Positions 12,905 to 23,613 of a DNA stretch of 64,000 bases are shown here, piece by piece; within the stretch, counting starts at the first letter, position 1; each line of letters opens with the position of its first letter. The notes under the pieces were generated by a model. The model was not told the DNA's origin, made no database searches, and was given only the letters and a program-made list of their open reading frames with translations. A program made the position numbers and the translations under genes. This stretch comes from Tubulanus polymorphus (Eukaryota; Animalia; Nemertea): contig NC_134032.1 in assembly GCF_964204645.1 (NCBI RefSeq), positions 6,560,275 through 6,624,274 on the forward strand, given 5' to 3'.

Positions 12905-14831
12905 GGAAGTGGTTATTTAGCCGGATCCGGTTACCGACTAATATCTTTTAAAGATATTTAGCCGGATCCATACATTATAATATAAATTAATAAAAGTAAC
13001 AATAAAATCATTACATTGGGTTTAGGGTTAGGGTTTCGATAGGGTTAGTGTCAAGAGGGTGAGAAGAGAGTCTAGAGGGTAGGTTAGGGTCCATTTTACC
13101 CCCTAGGGATAGGATTGGGGTAGGGTGAGGTACTCTATCTAGTTAAAACATTCGGTTGGTTTTCAGCGAGCTCGGTGGTCTAGTGGGAAGTTAGTAATTT
13201 ATTGGTCCAGGTTCGAATCTCGCTCGATACGCTCTATTTTCTCTAACTCTGTTCTCCACACTTCCTTCGAATTTTCGCGCACCTCTTTGCGCATGCGCGG
13301 AGTAAGTCAGCCAATAATAATAATAATAATGTATTTTTCACTTAAAGATAATGAAATAATCAACACAAAAGCGGAGTTCACATCGATAAGTGAGGGTACA
13401 GTCACAGAGCCCACAGGAACTTTGGACATGCCAAGTGGTGACTGTACCCAAAAAAACAAAGAAAAGATTAATAAGATACTACATGAGATGGATGAAATAA
13501 GACATGACTTGTTTATATGAAGACTTTAATAATAGAGCATCTTATCAAGCTGACCATCAGGGATAATAATAGATAGTGATATCATGAGGAATTAGCTTTG
13601 AATTGTTAATATTTCGCCAGGGTTAGTTTTTTGAAGCGACTAATTAGTGAATTAATAGAAGGGGAGGGCTTAATTGTATTTGGTTGGTTCTGCCAGATTA
13701 TTGGTACTTCTGTCAAAAATGATTGATGATATATATTGGATTGTGCTGCTGGACTCTAGGATTCTTTTTTTCATGTGTATTATGGTGGTGGGAAGAGGAA
13801 TTCTGATGGAACAGATTCATAATAGGAGTTGGTAGCAGGTTATTTACAGAATTTTATATTTCTTAAATAGGGAGCAGTTGCAGCATTATAGGTTGCATTA
13901 TCGACGATGCGTATTGCTTTCTTCTGTAGTTTAAATAAAGTACCGGTATTAGTGTGTTTCTTTGCAAGTAATGGTCCCCGTGATACTAGACGATAAACAA
14001 GGTGGCTATGGATGTAGCTGAAATACAACATTCTTTTTGTCCAATTAGGGAGGATACGTTTGGAGCCATTAAGTAAGAACAAATTATTGTTGATTTTAGT
14101 ACATATTGATTTAATATGGATATCAAAGTTGAGATGCTCGTCAATTTCAATCCCGAGAAATCTATGTGATTGGACTAATTTCATAGATTCATTATTTGAC
14201 AGTATATCCAGATTTTTTCACCGTGCTTGATTTTTCCTTTTAACACATAGGCCTAATGCTGCTGTTTTTCCTACATTCAGGGTAAGTTTATTTGCTCTAA
14301 ACCAGTCGATTACAGTATTCAAATCAGATTTTAAGTCTTTCTGCATTTTTTGAATTTCTGATCAAATAATAAAGATTTTGTATCTTTCAAATTCCTGCAG
14401 ACATCATTTATATAGGCCTAAATGAGAAGCAAAGGGCCTAAGACGGATCCCTGTGGTATTCCGTATTCAACTATATTTTTCCCAGAAGTTATTTGTATAG
14501 TTTACATATATTTGCCTTTGGTGTAGATAACTTGTTAACCATTCCAAAGCTATACCTCGTATACCATAATGATTCATTTTCTTAAGAAGGATGTTAATAT
14601 CAAGTAAATCAAATGCCTTCAACAAGTCAAGAAAGACGCTGATGATTTTATTATTAGCTTCTAGTCCAGTTATGCTGTTTCCTAGAAATTCTAAAATCAA
14701 GTGATTTGTGGAGTGACCATGTCGCAGACCAAATTGACTTGCATATAGAACATAATTTTTGATAAGGAGACGATATCCAGAGAAATATCGTTCAGAAGTC
14801 GGTGCCTGGATCCCGCAAAATAACCACTTCC
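12905..14831. mobile_element. Non-autonomous Mutator-like element with tRNA-like/telomere-like cassette, interrupted by a LINE
   Basis: TIR GGAAGTGGTTATTT...AAATAACCACTTCC; 9-bp TSD ttcaaaatg/ttcaaaata (8 of 9). Confidence 0.75.
13312..14765 (-). mobile_element. 5'-truncated L2/CR1-group LINE with (ATT)n tail
   Basis: FLDLLKAFD...YGIRGIALEWLTSYL, GIPQGSVLGP, FLGIEIDEHLNF...LQKKAIRIV; tail at 13312-13330. Confidence 0.9.
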
Positions 14832-15587
14832 TTCAAAATAATAAATTCTATCGTATCATTCAATTCGAACTGTGGGATATCTTCATTTAGCCTATATACA
14901 TGGATTATAGTGTTATTCGACAACTAATTTAGGCCTATATCATCATGCCATTATAACCCGGGGCCAGTTCCACAGTCGTGAATTAAGATTTGACTAAGTT
15001 GAGTTAATTCATTGGAAATTAGCTAATTTTAACTCAGAGGTACATTAACTCACGACTATGGGATTGGCCACTGGGTGTCCATTGTCAGGGACCTGTATAT
15101 CACAGGGCCCTGGACTTCCGTAAGAATTTCCTCGGTTATAAACTTTTTAATTTGATTTTAAACAAGGCTTCATTTTGTGGAGAAAATGATCTCAAGAGCT
15201 CAATTTCCAATACAAAAGTATTGGTTTTACAATTTTTGTTGGGAATTCGGGAAAGATTTCAGAGGGTGCAGCCAACCATTTGCTTAAGAATATATTTGTC
15301 TAAAATTTGCCCTAAAATGCTAAATATCTTTTAAGACCCTCAAATCTTGAGATTTGCCTCTTCATTAGCCTAAACCTCTAGATAGCCTTAACCATCACTT
15401 AGCCTATTTCTTTTACAGTTGAAAAAGCTGCCATTTTGTTGTTTCTTTTGTGCTTGGCTTAAAAAGTATGAAAAATCGTTTCTATATGGGATTCGAACCC
15501 ATTATTTGATTTTACCAACACTGACACGCGAGGGTGCCTGGTGTAACATGATCCAGACCGTAGCGTCCAACTCGCGGTCTTACTCAC

Positions 15588-15606
15588 CAAATCTTAATAG
15601 AACCAT
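15588..15606 (-). CDS. Candidate first coding exon (MVLLRF) of the unknown minus-strand gene
   Basis: ATG preceded by an in-frame stop; strong TTTG|GTGAGT donor, phase 1; lies just downstream of a CpG-rich promoter-like region. Confidence 0.35.
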
Positions 15607-15834
15607 TATTATTCCACGTAGCTCGGGTTCGTTGCTCTAATTAAACGATCACCAATCACTATCGGGAATCTAGCTTCTCAAGTTGCCTCTTATTCACCTC
15701 TATTCCTTCATAGAACGGGGTACTAAAACGGCCAATCTTTCTCAACGTCGAAAAACCAAGACCGCAGCTGATAAAGGGTGGCTCCGATGATAGACACTTC
15801 ACAGCGGCAGTTGCCTTGGCGGTTGTAGAAGCTC

Positions 15835-16000
15835 TAGTCATGGCCGCCGCGAATTATTTTTTCACGAGAGTTTTCGCCACCTTGTCAGTGCGAATGCTCT
15901 CCGCTGTGATTGGTTAACATAGCCTAAGACTACGTGTCGTACACTGGGCCTGTATCAATCGCCACGCTCTCAACCTAATGCACGACGTTCGGGTGTCGGT
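15835..16000 (-). promoter_or_regulatory. CpG-rich promoter-like region with CCAAT box and YY1-like motif
   Basis: ACCAATCA on minus strand near 15910; ATGGCCGCC at 15840; locally CpG-rich. Confidence 0.35.
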
Positions 16001-16362
16001 AGCGAACGGACCCAATTTTCCAAAGTGCCCGGAGGTCGATGTACATATAAAACAATTTCGCTCAAGATCTTTTTCGAAATTGGTACAATTTTCAAATCCG
16101 TTTTCAAATGATTTATTCAGTCCCGGGTGGGTACTTCATATCTAAGGTATGTCCTTTCAACAGGAAAGTGCCCCTTTTATGGTAAAATGTGCCCCTTTTC
16201 TTGAAAAATGTTTATTTGAAAATATAAGGGTAGTAGGAACTACAGGAAATATTTATAATATTTTGTTTAACTTTTTTAGTTTTTTTCATCATATGGTAGG
16301 ATTCTACAGATGTTGTGATTTTACTGATTCATTGAATATACACGTTTTCTCAATGTACGTCT

Positions 16363-16830
16363 CTACATGTACTGTTGAGAGCCCTGCGTCTTTGCTTTGG
16401 AAGTAGATGCCGCCCTAGTGGAATGCACCTTATACTTATCCACATCAATTTCAGAACATTCCATAAGCGTCCTAAGCCACCTTGCAATCCTGCAATTCGT
16501 CACAGGACTATAAGGCGTCACAAAAGAAAAGAAAAGTTTTTCTTTTTGTGGAGCGGTCCCTCGCCAACATGCAGTCCTATTCTCATTGGCAGCCAAACAA
16601 CCTATCACATCCAACAAGGGATCTCTCGGATACGGTGCGAATGCCAATTTCTTAATAAGAGGTCCACCAGGTCTCGACGTTTTTGTGACTACGTCAAGCT
16701 GAAACACAACATTCACCCCCTCAGCATATCTGTTGGTCAATTTGGCTTTATTCAGTTCTGACCCTCCACATGTACTGGTTAAAGCCATAAGCATAGCTAG
16801 CTTAAAGGCCGACTTAAATGGAGGTCCAAA
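16363..16830 (-). mobile_element. DIRS-type tyrosine recombinase fragment
   Basis: KLAMLMALTS...SEL...TKTSRPG...LFFSF..PYSPV...IARWLR...HSTRAASTSKA; truncated before the catalytic Tyr. Confidence 0.85.
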
Positions 16831-18170
16831 AACCCATCGGTTGGTACTTGAGATTTGAAGTGCAGGCCACATCCCACTAAACTAGCAAGCAGTAGTTTGT
16901 TTATAGGGTTTACTGGAACACATCTGGCTCACACCAGTATCACACAGTATCACAGTGACACATAAAAAAACTTATATCCGAATATGTTTGATATCATTTT
17001 GGTCATAGTGATCTTATTAATTGGAATTCGCTGATTTTGTAGATGTTTTTTAATAAAATTCCTCCAGTAAAGTTGAACATAAAATCTGTATTTTCAATTT
17101 ATTCAATTTTTGTCCGATTTTGATGAAATTTTTACACTTTGTTACTGATGAGGAGTTAAGATGATATATAAATTTTCAGTTTGATACAACTTTCAGGTCA
17201 AAAGTTTTCTAACCCCCAAAATTACGCACTTGAGAGCTGCAACTGTTTTATTTATATAGGTTTATGACTACAGGTCACTGTGCTCTCTGTGGTGAGGTGA
17301 GTAACTCCTCCCAGCTTGTCATTCAAAGATGTTATCGTGAGCTTGATCGTGATTAAAAAAAAGAAGTGCAAGCCGGACGTAGGCGGCCGGTCGGGTCAAC
17401 TTTTAAGCTCTGCCGAAAGGAGAAATATATCATTTTTAGCCTATGATAAGCATGCTAGTAACGATTTCAAATTCCTGCATGTTGAGGCCGTCGGTACGTG
17501 GTAAGAATATAATTGCTGTTAGCAACTCTTCTATTCCCTTGCAAATCCGCTTTGAATTTAGTCTGAATAGAAGTGATCTTCTCGGTGAGAAAATCGCCGG
17601 CAATTGAGTCGGTTGATTGAGTCGGCCGACTAAATCGCCCAGTGTGTCTGAGCCTTAATACTTCTAATGATATGATGATTATGATATCTCACCACCACGT
17701 GTACCGCAACATTTTCCAAATATGATACGAGTGACATTGGGTGATATCATTGAGAAAACCTATTTTTAAGAGTACAATGTACAGACTTTTTAGGTACCGG
17801 TATGCGTTATTTGGTTTTTATATCAAATTGTGTGCACTTCACTTCCCCGTTTATTTCTCTAAACGTTAATGCATATGTTATACTTAGTGTGGGAATGTTG
17901 TATATTCTCTACGGCATGGCCTGAGAGTGGTTAAGGACGACCTCAGAATTTCTGAAGATGACTACATTGGAACTTCATTACAACGAACTTAGCGGAACTG
18001 GTTTTTCAACCAGTAGTTCGTTATCCAGTGTGAAATTAATCAAATTTGTTATATCCGATGAATCGTTTTATCCGAGCTTGTTATAATGAGGTTTCGCTGT
18101 ATTTGGATATACAAGTACTCCAAATAACCTCGAATTAAACTACTAGCTAGAGGGAAAATTTCGGACTCGT

Positions 18171-19436
18171 TTTTAGCGCACTTGGGACTTTAGTCCCAGC
18201 GGGCTATTGCGTTCACTTTTCGTCCGTCGTCCGTCCATCCGTCCGTCCGTAGACGGAATCCAGTTATTTTGGGAAGTTTTGAAGACGCTTCAATGTAATG
18301 TCTTGATATTTGGGTTACACATGTATCTACCCTAGACACATCTTCAGCCCAAAAACTGGCCCTGTCAGAATCAAGATGGCCGACTGGCAGCCATTGTTGA
18401 TGGCCAAAATCAGCACTTTTTACACGTTTTTGAGGGAAATATTGAAGACGCTTTGGTCAATTACCTTGATCTTTCGTATATACTTGAATCCCTCCAGGGC
18501 CCATCAGCATAATAAAAATTGGGTCGAACGGACTCATGATGGCCGTCCTATGACCTTTGAAGTGCCCAAAAATGTCAATTTTGGCCCGAATTCTGAGTCC
18601 TGTAGCTTCCTACTGGTTTGCCATTTCTCATTGCAATTGCTGATGGGTATTCTTTGGAAAGGGATGTTTTATACCTGGGATAGGTATTTTTGATCAGCCA
18701 ATTATGACGCAATTGGCGGCCATCTTGTTGTCATCAGTACTCATTCGTAGGTGGGAAAAAGTTTTTCGACATTATATTGATACCAAGCATATTTTGTTAC
18801 CACAATGAATTAGAAAGTTGTAGCTGATAACGTGTTCTATGATTGTGGTGAGTTTGGAGGTCATTGGTTTTTGTATATTGCCACCAGGGGGGTTGAATAA
18901 TACAATATCTTAGTATTTCTATATTATATTTGTACCAATGCATACATTTTGTTAGCACAATCAATTGCAAAGTTGTAACTCATGACATCGTCTATGATTG
19001 TGGTGAGTTTCAAGGACATTAGTTATTCTATATGGCCACTAGGGGGCGTTGAATAATAAAATAACTTAGTATTTCCTTATTATATTGGTACCTAGGCATA
19101 TTTTTTTGTTACCATGACCAATTGCAAAATTGTTGCTCATGACATGTTCAATGATTGTGGTGAGTTTCAAGGACATTGGGTTTTGAATATGGTCACCAAG
19201 GGGCGTTGAATAGTAGAATAACTTAGTATTTCCATATTAAATTGGTAACGAGGCATATTTTGTTATCACAATCAATTACAAAATCGTAGCTGCTGACATG
19301 TTCTATGATTGTGGTTAGTTTCAAGGTCATTGGTTTTGTATATGGTCACCAGGGGGCGTTGAATATTGAAATTGTTAGATTGTTGAGCATTTGAAACCAC
19401 TTCCCAAGTGGGCATGGTGTCCCTGGACCCCTAGTT
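18171..19436 (+). mobile_element. Full-length Helentron-type non-autonomous element (HINE/DINE-1-like), family H
   Basis: T-rich site, subTIR/hairpin GC(G)CACTTGGGAC..GTCCCAGCGGGC, (GTCC)n microsatellite, four ~155-bp tandem units, subTIR CCCAAGTGGGC, terminal GTCCCTGGAC stem then CTAGTT. Confidence 0.85.
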
Positions 19437-19758
19437 ATTCTTAGCGTGGGATTTCACCTTTACAACACGGTGTTTCATCAGCGATTATAATAAGGGAGAC
19501 ATCACTATTCCTGAAGATGATCATCTGGATATGCATTGCATATTGATCCACAGCTAGATTTTCGTAGTATTTGAAAATGTTTCGTAGTATTTAGAAATGT
19601 TCTTAATGTTGTTTCCGTATGCGTGGGGGTTACGTTAAAGCCGTCAGACAAGAACGTACTAGTAGTAAGAATTACGAAAGTTCTTGTTTGATGCTTTCAT
19701 CTACCAACGCAAACCATAAATCAGTCTATAAACAACAATTCTTTCTCGGTTCTTCTGC

Positions 19759-20912
19759 TGTGAGATCTGGCAAACATTCAGAAAATCTTTATATAAAACT
19801 TTTAAATAGTTGGAACCATATTTGGTTGGGTCGGAACAATGGAGTGTATTTATAATGAGGCTCGTTGATACTTGATGATATTCCCGGCTACTTTCCGTAA
19901 AAGGAAAAACCGGAAGTTTAGGAAGATGTGGTTGTTTTGCTTATCCTGTATCAAAATAGAATTAGTTAAATTGTAGATAAAATAATTAGTATAAGTATTT
20001 CAAATAATTTAAGAATTGATAATCAATCACAATGTATTCCGAATCGTAGTTAATTATAATAATTAAAAAAGAAACAATGAATTTGTACTGTAATTAGAAA
20101 AGAAAACAAAGTTTTGAAAAGATATTTAATTTGAGTAATCTAGATGTTATTTAAGAACAAATTGTTAATAATCGCTAATGTTTTAGAAAAATTAATTTGT
20201 GTTGAATGTTAAAACTAGCTGTCTGAAGTTTCTGTTGTCTGTATGCGCTCGTTGGTAATTCACAGACAATAGCTGCTCTCTCAACAACGACTAGCAAGGA
20301 GTGAGTAAATCACAACGCGTCATGACAGGAGGGTTGGAAGAAAAAGTTTATATCAGCAAATCAGTTTCTAAAAAACCTTTAGATCAGCAAATCAGTAGGG
20401 CTAAATTTTCCGTAACTAAAAACGGTCATGACAGTTGGGTAGCTGCTCCTTGCCAAAAAGCGGAAGACCCTGCGTGGGAGAATCGGAATTCTGAGAATGC
20501 CGGTTCTTTCTACAAAAGGGGGCCGCTATCGAGAGAGAAGAGAGAATCTGTACCTTAGTAAGACGAGTGTCGACAGCAGGACAGGAGAAGCTTCGGAACG
20601 ATAGGGATTCATATACAATAGGGATTAGGAAAATCATTCTTTGTTCAAGGTAAATAAAATATATTATCTTCAATATTATCATCCGGTATTTCAATTTATC
20701 CATTCGGATTTGTGCACGGACGCGTTCTCTCGCCAGGGCCTTACTCAAGTATTTTATAGATAACGATTAAAGAGAGGATTGTGACCGGCGTATCAATATG
20801 TAAAGTCGAGATTTTGAATAAACTTCATACGGTACAACCTTAAGGAGCATTTCGAACTCTTAATTCTTCTTTTCTTTCTTATTGTGGGATTATCATATTT
20901 TATATCTCCACA
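19759..20912 (+). mobile_element. Probable ~1.15-kb LTR followed by a PBS-like TGG and leader
   Basis: TGTGAGAT...ATCTCCACA inverted ends, AATAAA near 20817, followed by TTGGCAATC; no TSD and no coding region. Confidence 0.5.
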
Positions 20913-22242
20913 TTGGCAATCAAACATCTTCGGGGACTAGGGGTCTTTTTGTCATCTTCAGACTAGGGACCATCGGACTAGTCGCTTATATTCAAGAACT
21001 CGTTAGAAGTGTCGGGACACGGTCCTATAGCTCTATATTATTATATGAGGGTGACTGAACAGACTGAACTGTCCAATGAACTCTATATTTCTATATTTCT
21101 GTATCCAATACTATTTGTTATTCGCGGTCTGTGACCGACATATTTGCAGCATATAAATATATGTGTATGAATAAATCAGGAGGCATTTGTAAGATCAAAC
21201 TGAGATCGTTGTACTGAGTTCTGTTTTCTGGTCGTCTCTCTCGTCTAATACTACAAGAGGGACTATAGGGCCTTGGACTAGCCGCCCACAATCAGTAATT
21301 CGAAGAAATATTTGAGGCCAATTTGTCTAGGTTTGGACTAGCGACAAACATTCCCAGAGCTAGAGAGTCAATTTTGAGCTAAACAGGCTCTCGTCGGAAA
21401 TCAGGAGTTCTTAGTATGAAAAGATGTTACCATCAACTAGTAGTAGTATATACCATATTAGGGATTGTCCACATCACACGTTAGCAAATGTGCTGCGAAC
21501 TATTAATGTGTTAATTGAATGGTGATTATTAGACTGAGTAAGTTGAACAGTGAAATGCAACATTTACACTTGCGCCAGTCTTTGTGGCGTTCACGCCGGG
21601 AATATCAGCCAATGTTACTTCTGACCTTCATGTCTTGAAGACAGTTAGTTGTTGACTCGACCGTTTTTTTGTTTGTTTGCTTTGGGTATAGAAAAGGTGA
21701 GTTCACTTTTAGTTTGGTTGGAATTGAACGGGGAAAAAGGAAATTTTGAAAATGTGATGCTCAGATTTAGCCCCTTAGCGATTCGCGTTGAAACAACGAA
21801 GGTCAAAATATGAAATGAACAAATTTAACATACATGTGTCATGTTGTAAAAGCTGTGACGTGTGACATTTCTGCTTTTTTCTTTTGAATTGAAAATGAGT
21901 GGAGCTACGTATGAGTGATGGTGAGTGATCGTGTGCCCTTCCCCAAAGAATCATTTCTTCGCAATGGGCCTTTTGAGCTTATATTAGTATTATCAAATTC
22001 TAAAGTATTATTTTAGTACAATATCTATTATTTCCTTATATTACTTACCCAGTTATTTCTATCTATACAAAGCCTACCTCAAATTAGTGTTTAAAAGACC
22101 AGTCAAATTGAGCATATTAGCATACATGGTGATTGAATGATTACCAAAGAGTTTTATTTTACTCAAGTTGAAATCATAGAATAATACTAATGATGATAAG
22201 ATTGAAATAGAGACTTCATTGAAAACCAAATGAAATATGTAT

Positions 22243-22907
22243 ACAGTACGTAAACCTATTTTCATCGGACCAATTTTGCCATGTCCGAGTTAAACTCGGA
22301 CATGGCAAAATCGGTCAGAGTTAGTCGGGCTTGAGAAAGGCGAAGTTTACTGTGCATGACAATTCCATGCCTAAACCATGATTTAGATACATACCCTTGC
22401 ATAAGTCGGATTGGCTTAAGTCTGTCGGATAATCGCTTATCGGATGAATATTCATTTGATGGTCCCGATTGTTCCTTCTCTTTTTCAAAGAAATTTATAT
22501 TCCAAAGTCGGATTTTGTAATTCTGAAACTCGCCTACCTCGTAGTACTTTTCTTGGTCCCAAAATAAAAACCAGTTAGAATCACTCGCCGAAAGTCGGAG
22601 GGCAATTTTTTTCGGACTACAGTTTGAATTCTTTCCTGTTCCTCGCTTGAAATCGACGATACATGACAACAGTCACTATTTTAGTTTGTGGTTAGTGTAT
22701 TTAGAATAGAAAAGATAAACCCGAATTAGTTCAGTTTTTTAAATCATTTCTTGTAGACGTTGATTTAATCTTTCCGTTTACAGAAATGAATTCTCAAGTC
22801 ATTGTTTTCGGAAAAAGGGAAATCCGACTCTATAAGTCGGACTTTTTCTAATCCGGAGAATTTTTCTTGGTCCCAAAACATCCCCCACTTACGCGAAGGT
22901 TAACTGT
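22243..22907. mobile_element. pogo/Tigger-like MITE(s) with TCGGA/TCCGA subterminal repeats
   Basis: TA|CAGTA...ACTG|TA ends with many internal tcgga motifs. Confidence 0.55.
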
Positions 22908-23004
22908 ACTACATTTAGTACCGGTACCTAATAATTCTTCAAATAACCAGGCTAACGTTCTAATTTCTAGGGACTTGGGGGGGGGGGGGGTCATTTAAGA
23001 TTAA

Positions 23005-23090
23005 AGGCACTTTTTTCCAGCCGCGACTAGACAGCAGTCTGCACGATTTATTTGTTTATTCTGTCTAGTCGCGGCTGGAAAAAAGTGCCC
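23005..23090. mobile_element. 86-bp palindromic Harbinger-type MITE
   Basis: ~29-bp perfect inverted arms GGCACTTTTTTCCAGCCGCGACTAGACAG; flanks TAA/TGA. Confidence 0.7.
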
Positions 23091-23613
23091 TGAAAAATAT
23101 TGTATTTTCATTGTATTCTCCGTGTGTACTCTCGTCTGGATCCGCCCCTGGGAATGAAAAAGGGGGCTTAATTTTGAAAAGGGTAAATCGAAGTATACAG
23201 ATACAGTCGGTGGACTTACTGAGCACTCGAGTATTAATAGCGGGTTCTTTGTAATGTTTGTCCCAATCAACAGAAGAGAGACGTGAGACCCAAGAAATCT
23301 GTCGCCCCACCAGGAATCGAACCTTTGCACCCAGCATTGATGGGACAAGACATTATGGATATATTTTAATTGAATATAAAAGGAAACCGGTATATTGTGG
23401 TCTTGATGCGCGCATAAGAGACATCTGATGGGTCTACGCTTGCCACAAGTGTTAATATAGTTGATTTCCGACTGCACACAAGCGACACGCGATGGCTCAT
23501 TGCCACAGTCGAACTCAGAGAGCCCTTAAATGATTTTTTCCTTTATTTTTTCCTAGTCTTGAAGTGTGATGAAATGGCATTAGAGACCGGCACCCGTCAC
23601 TAGTGAGCTGCAA

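Noticed and set aside
13015-13130. True telomere or chromosome fusion site
   Set aside because: Only a few degenerate TTAGGG units, embedded in a repeated transposon cassette
13166-13223. Functional tRNA genes (also B-box hits near 475, 23320 and 55490)
   Set aside because: Cloverleafs cannot be completed; these are SINE- or TE-embedded tRNA-like relics
15659-15841. 60-aa ORF as a standalone gene
   Set aside because: No recognisable features; more likely 5'UTR/uORF sequence of the spliced minus-strand gene
18310-18693. Recurrent 60-130-aa ORFs inside HINE copies (also 35377, 46343, 62751)
   Set aside because: Frames and stops are not conserved between copies; non-coding repeat
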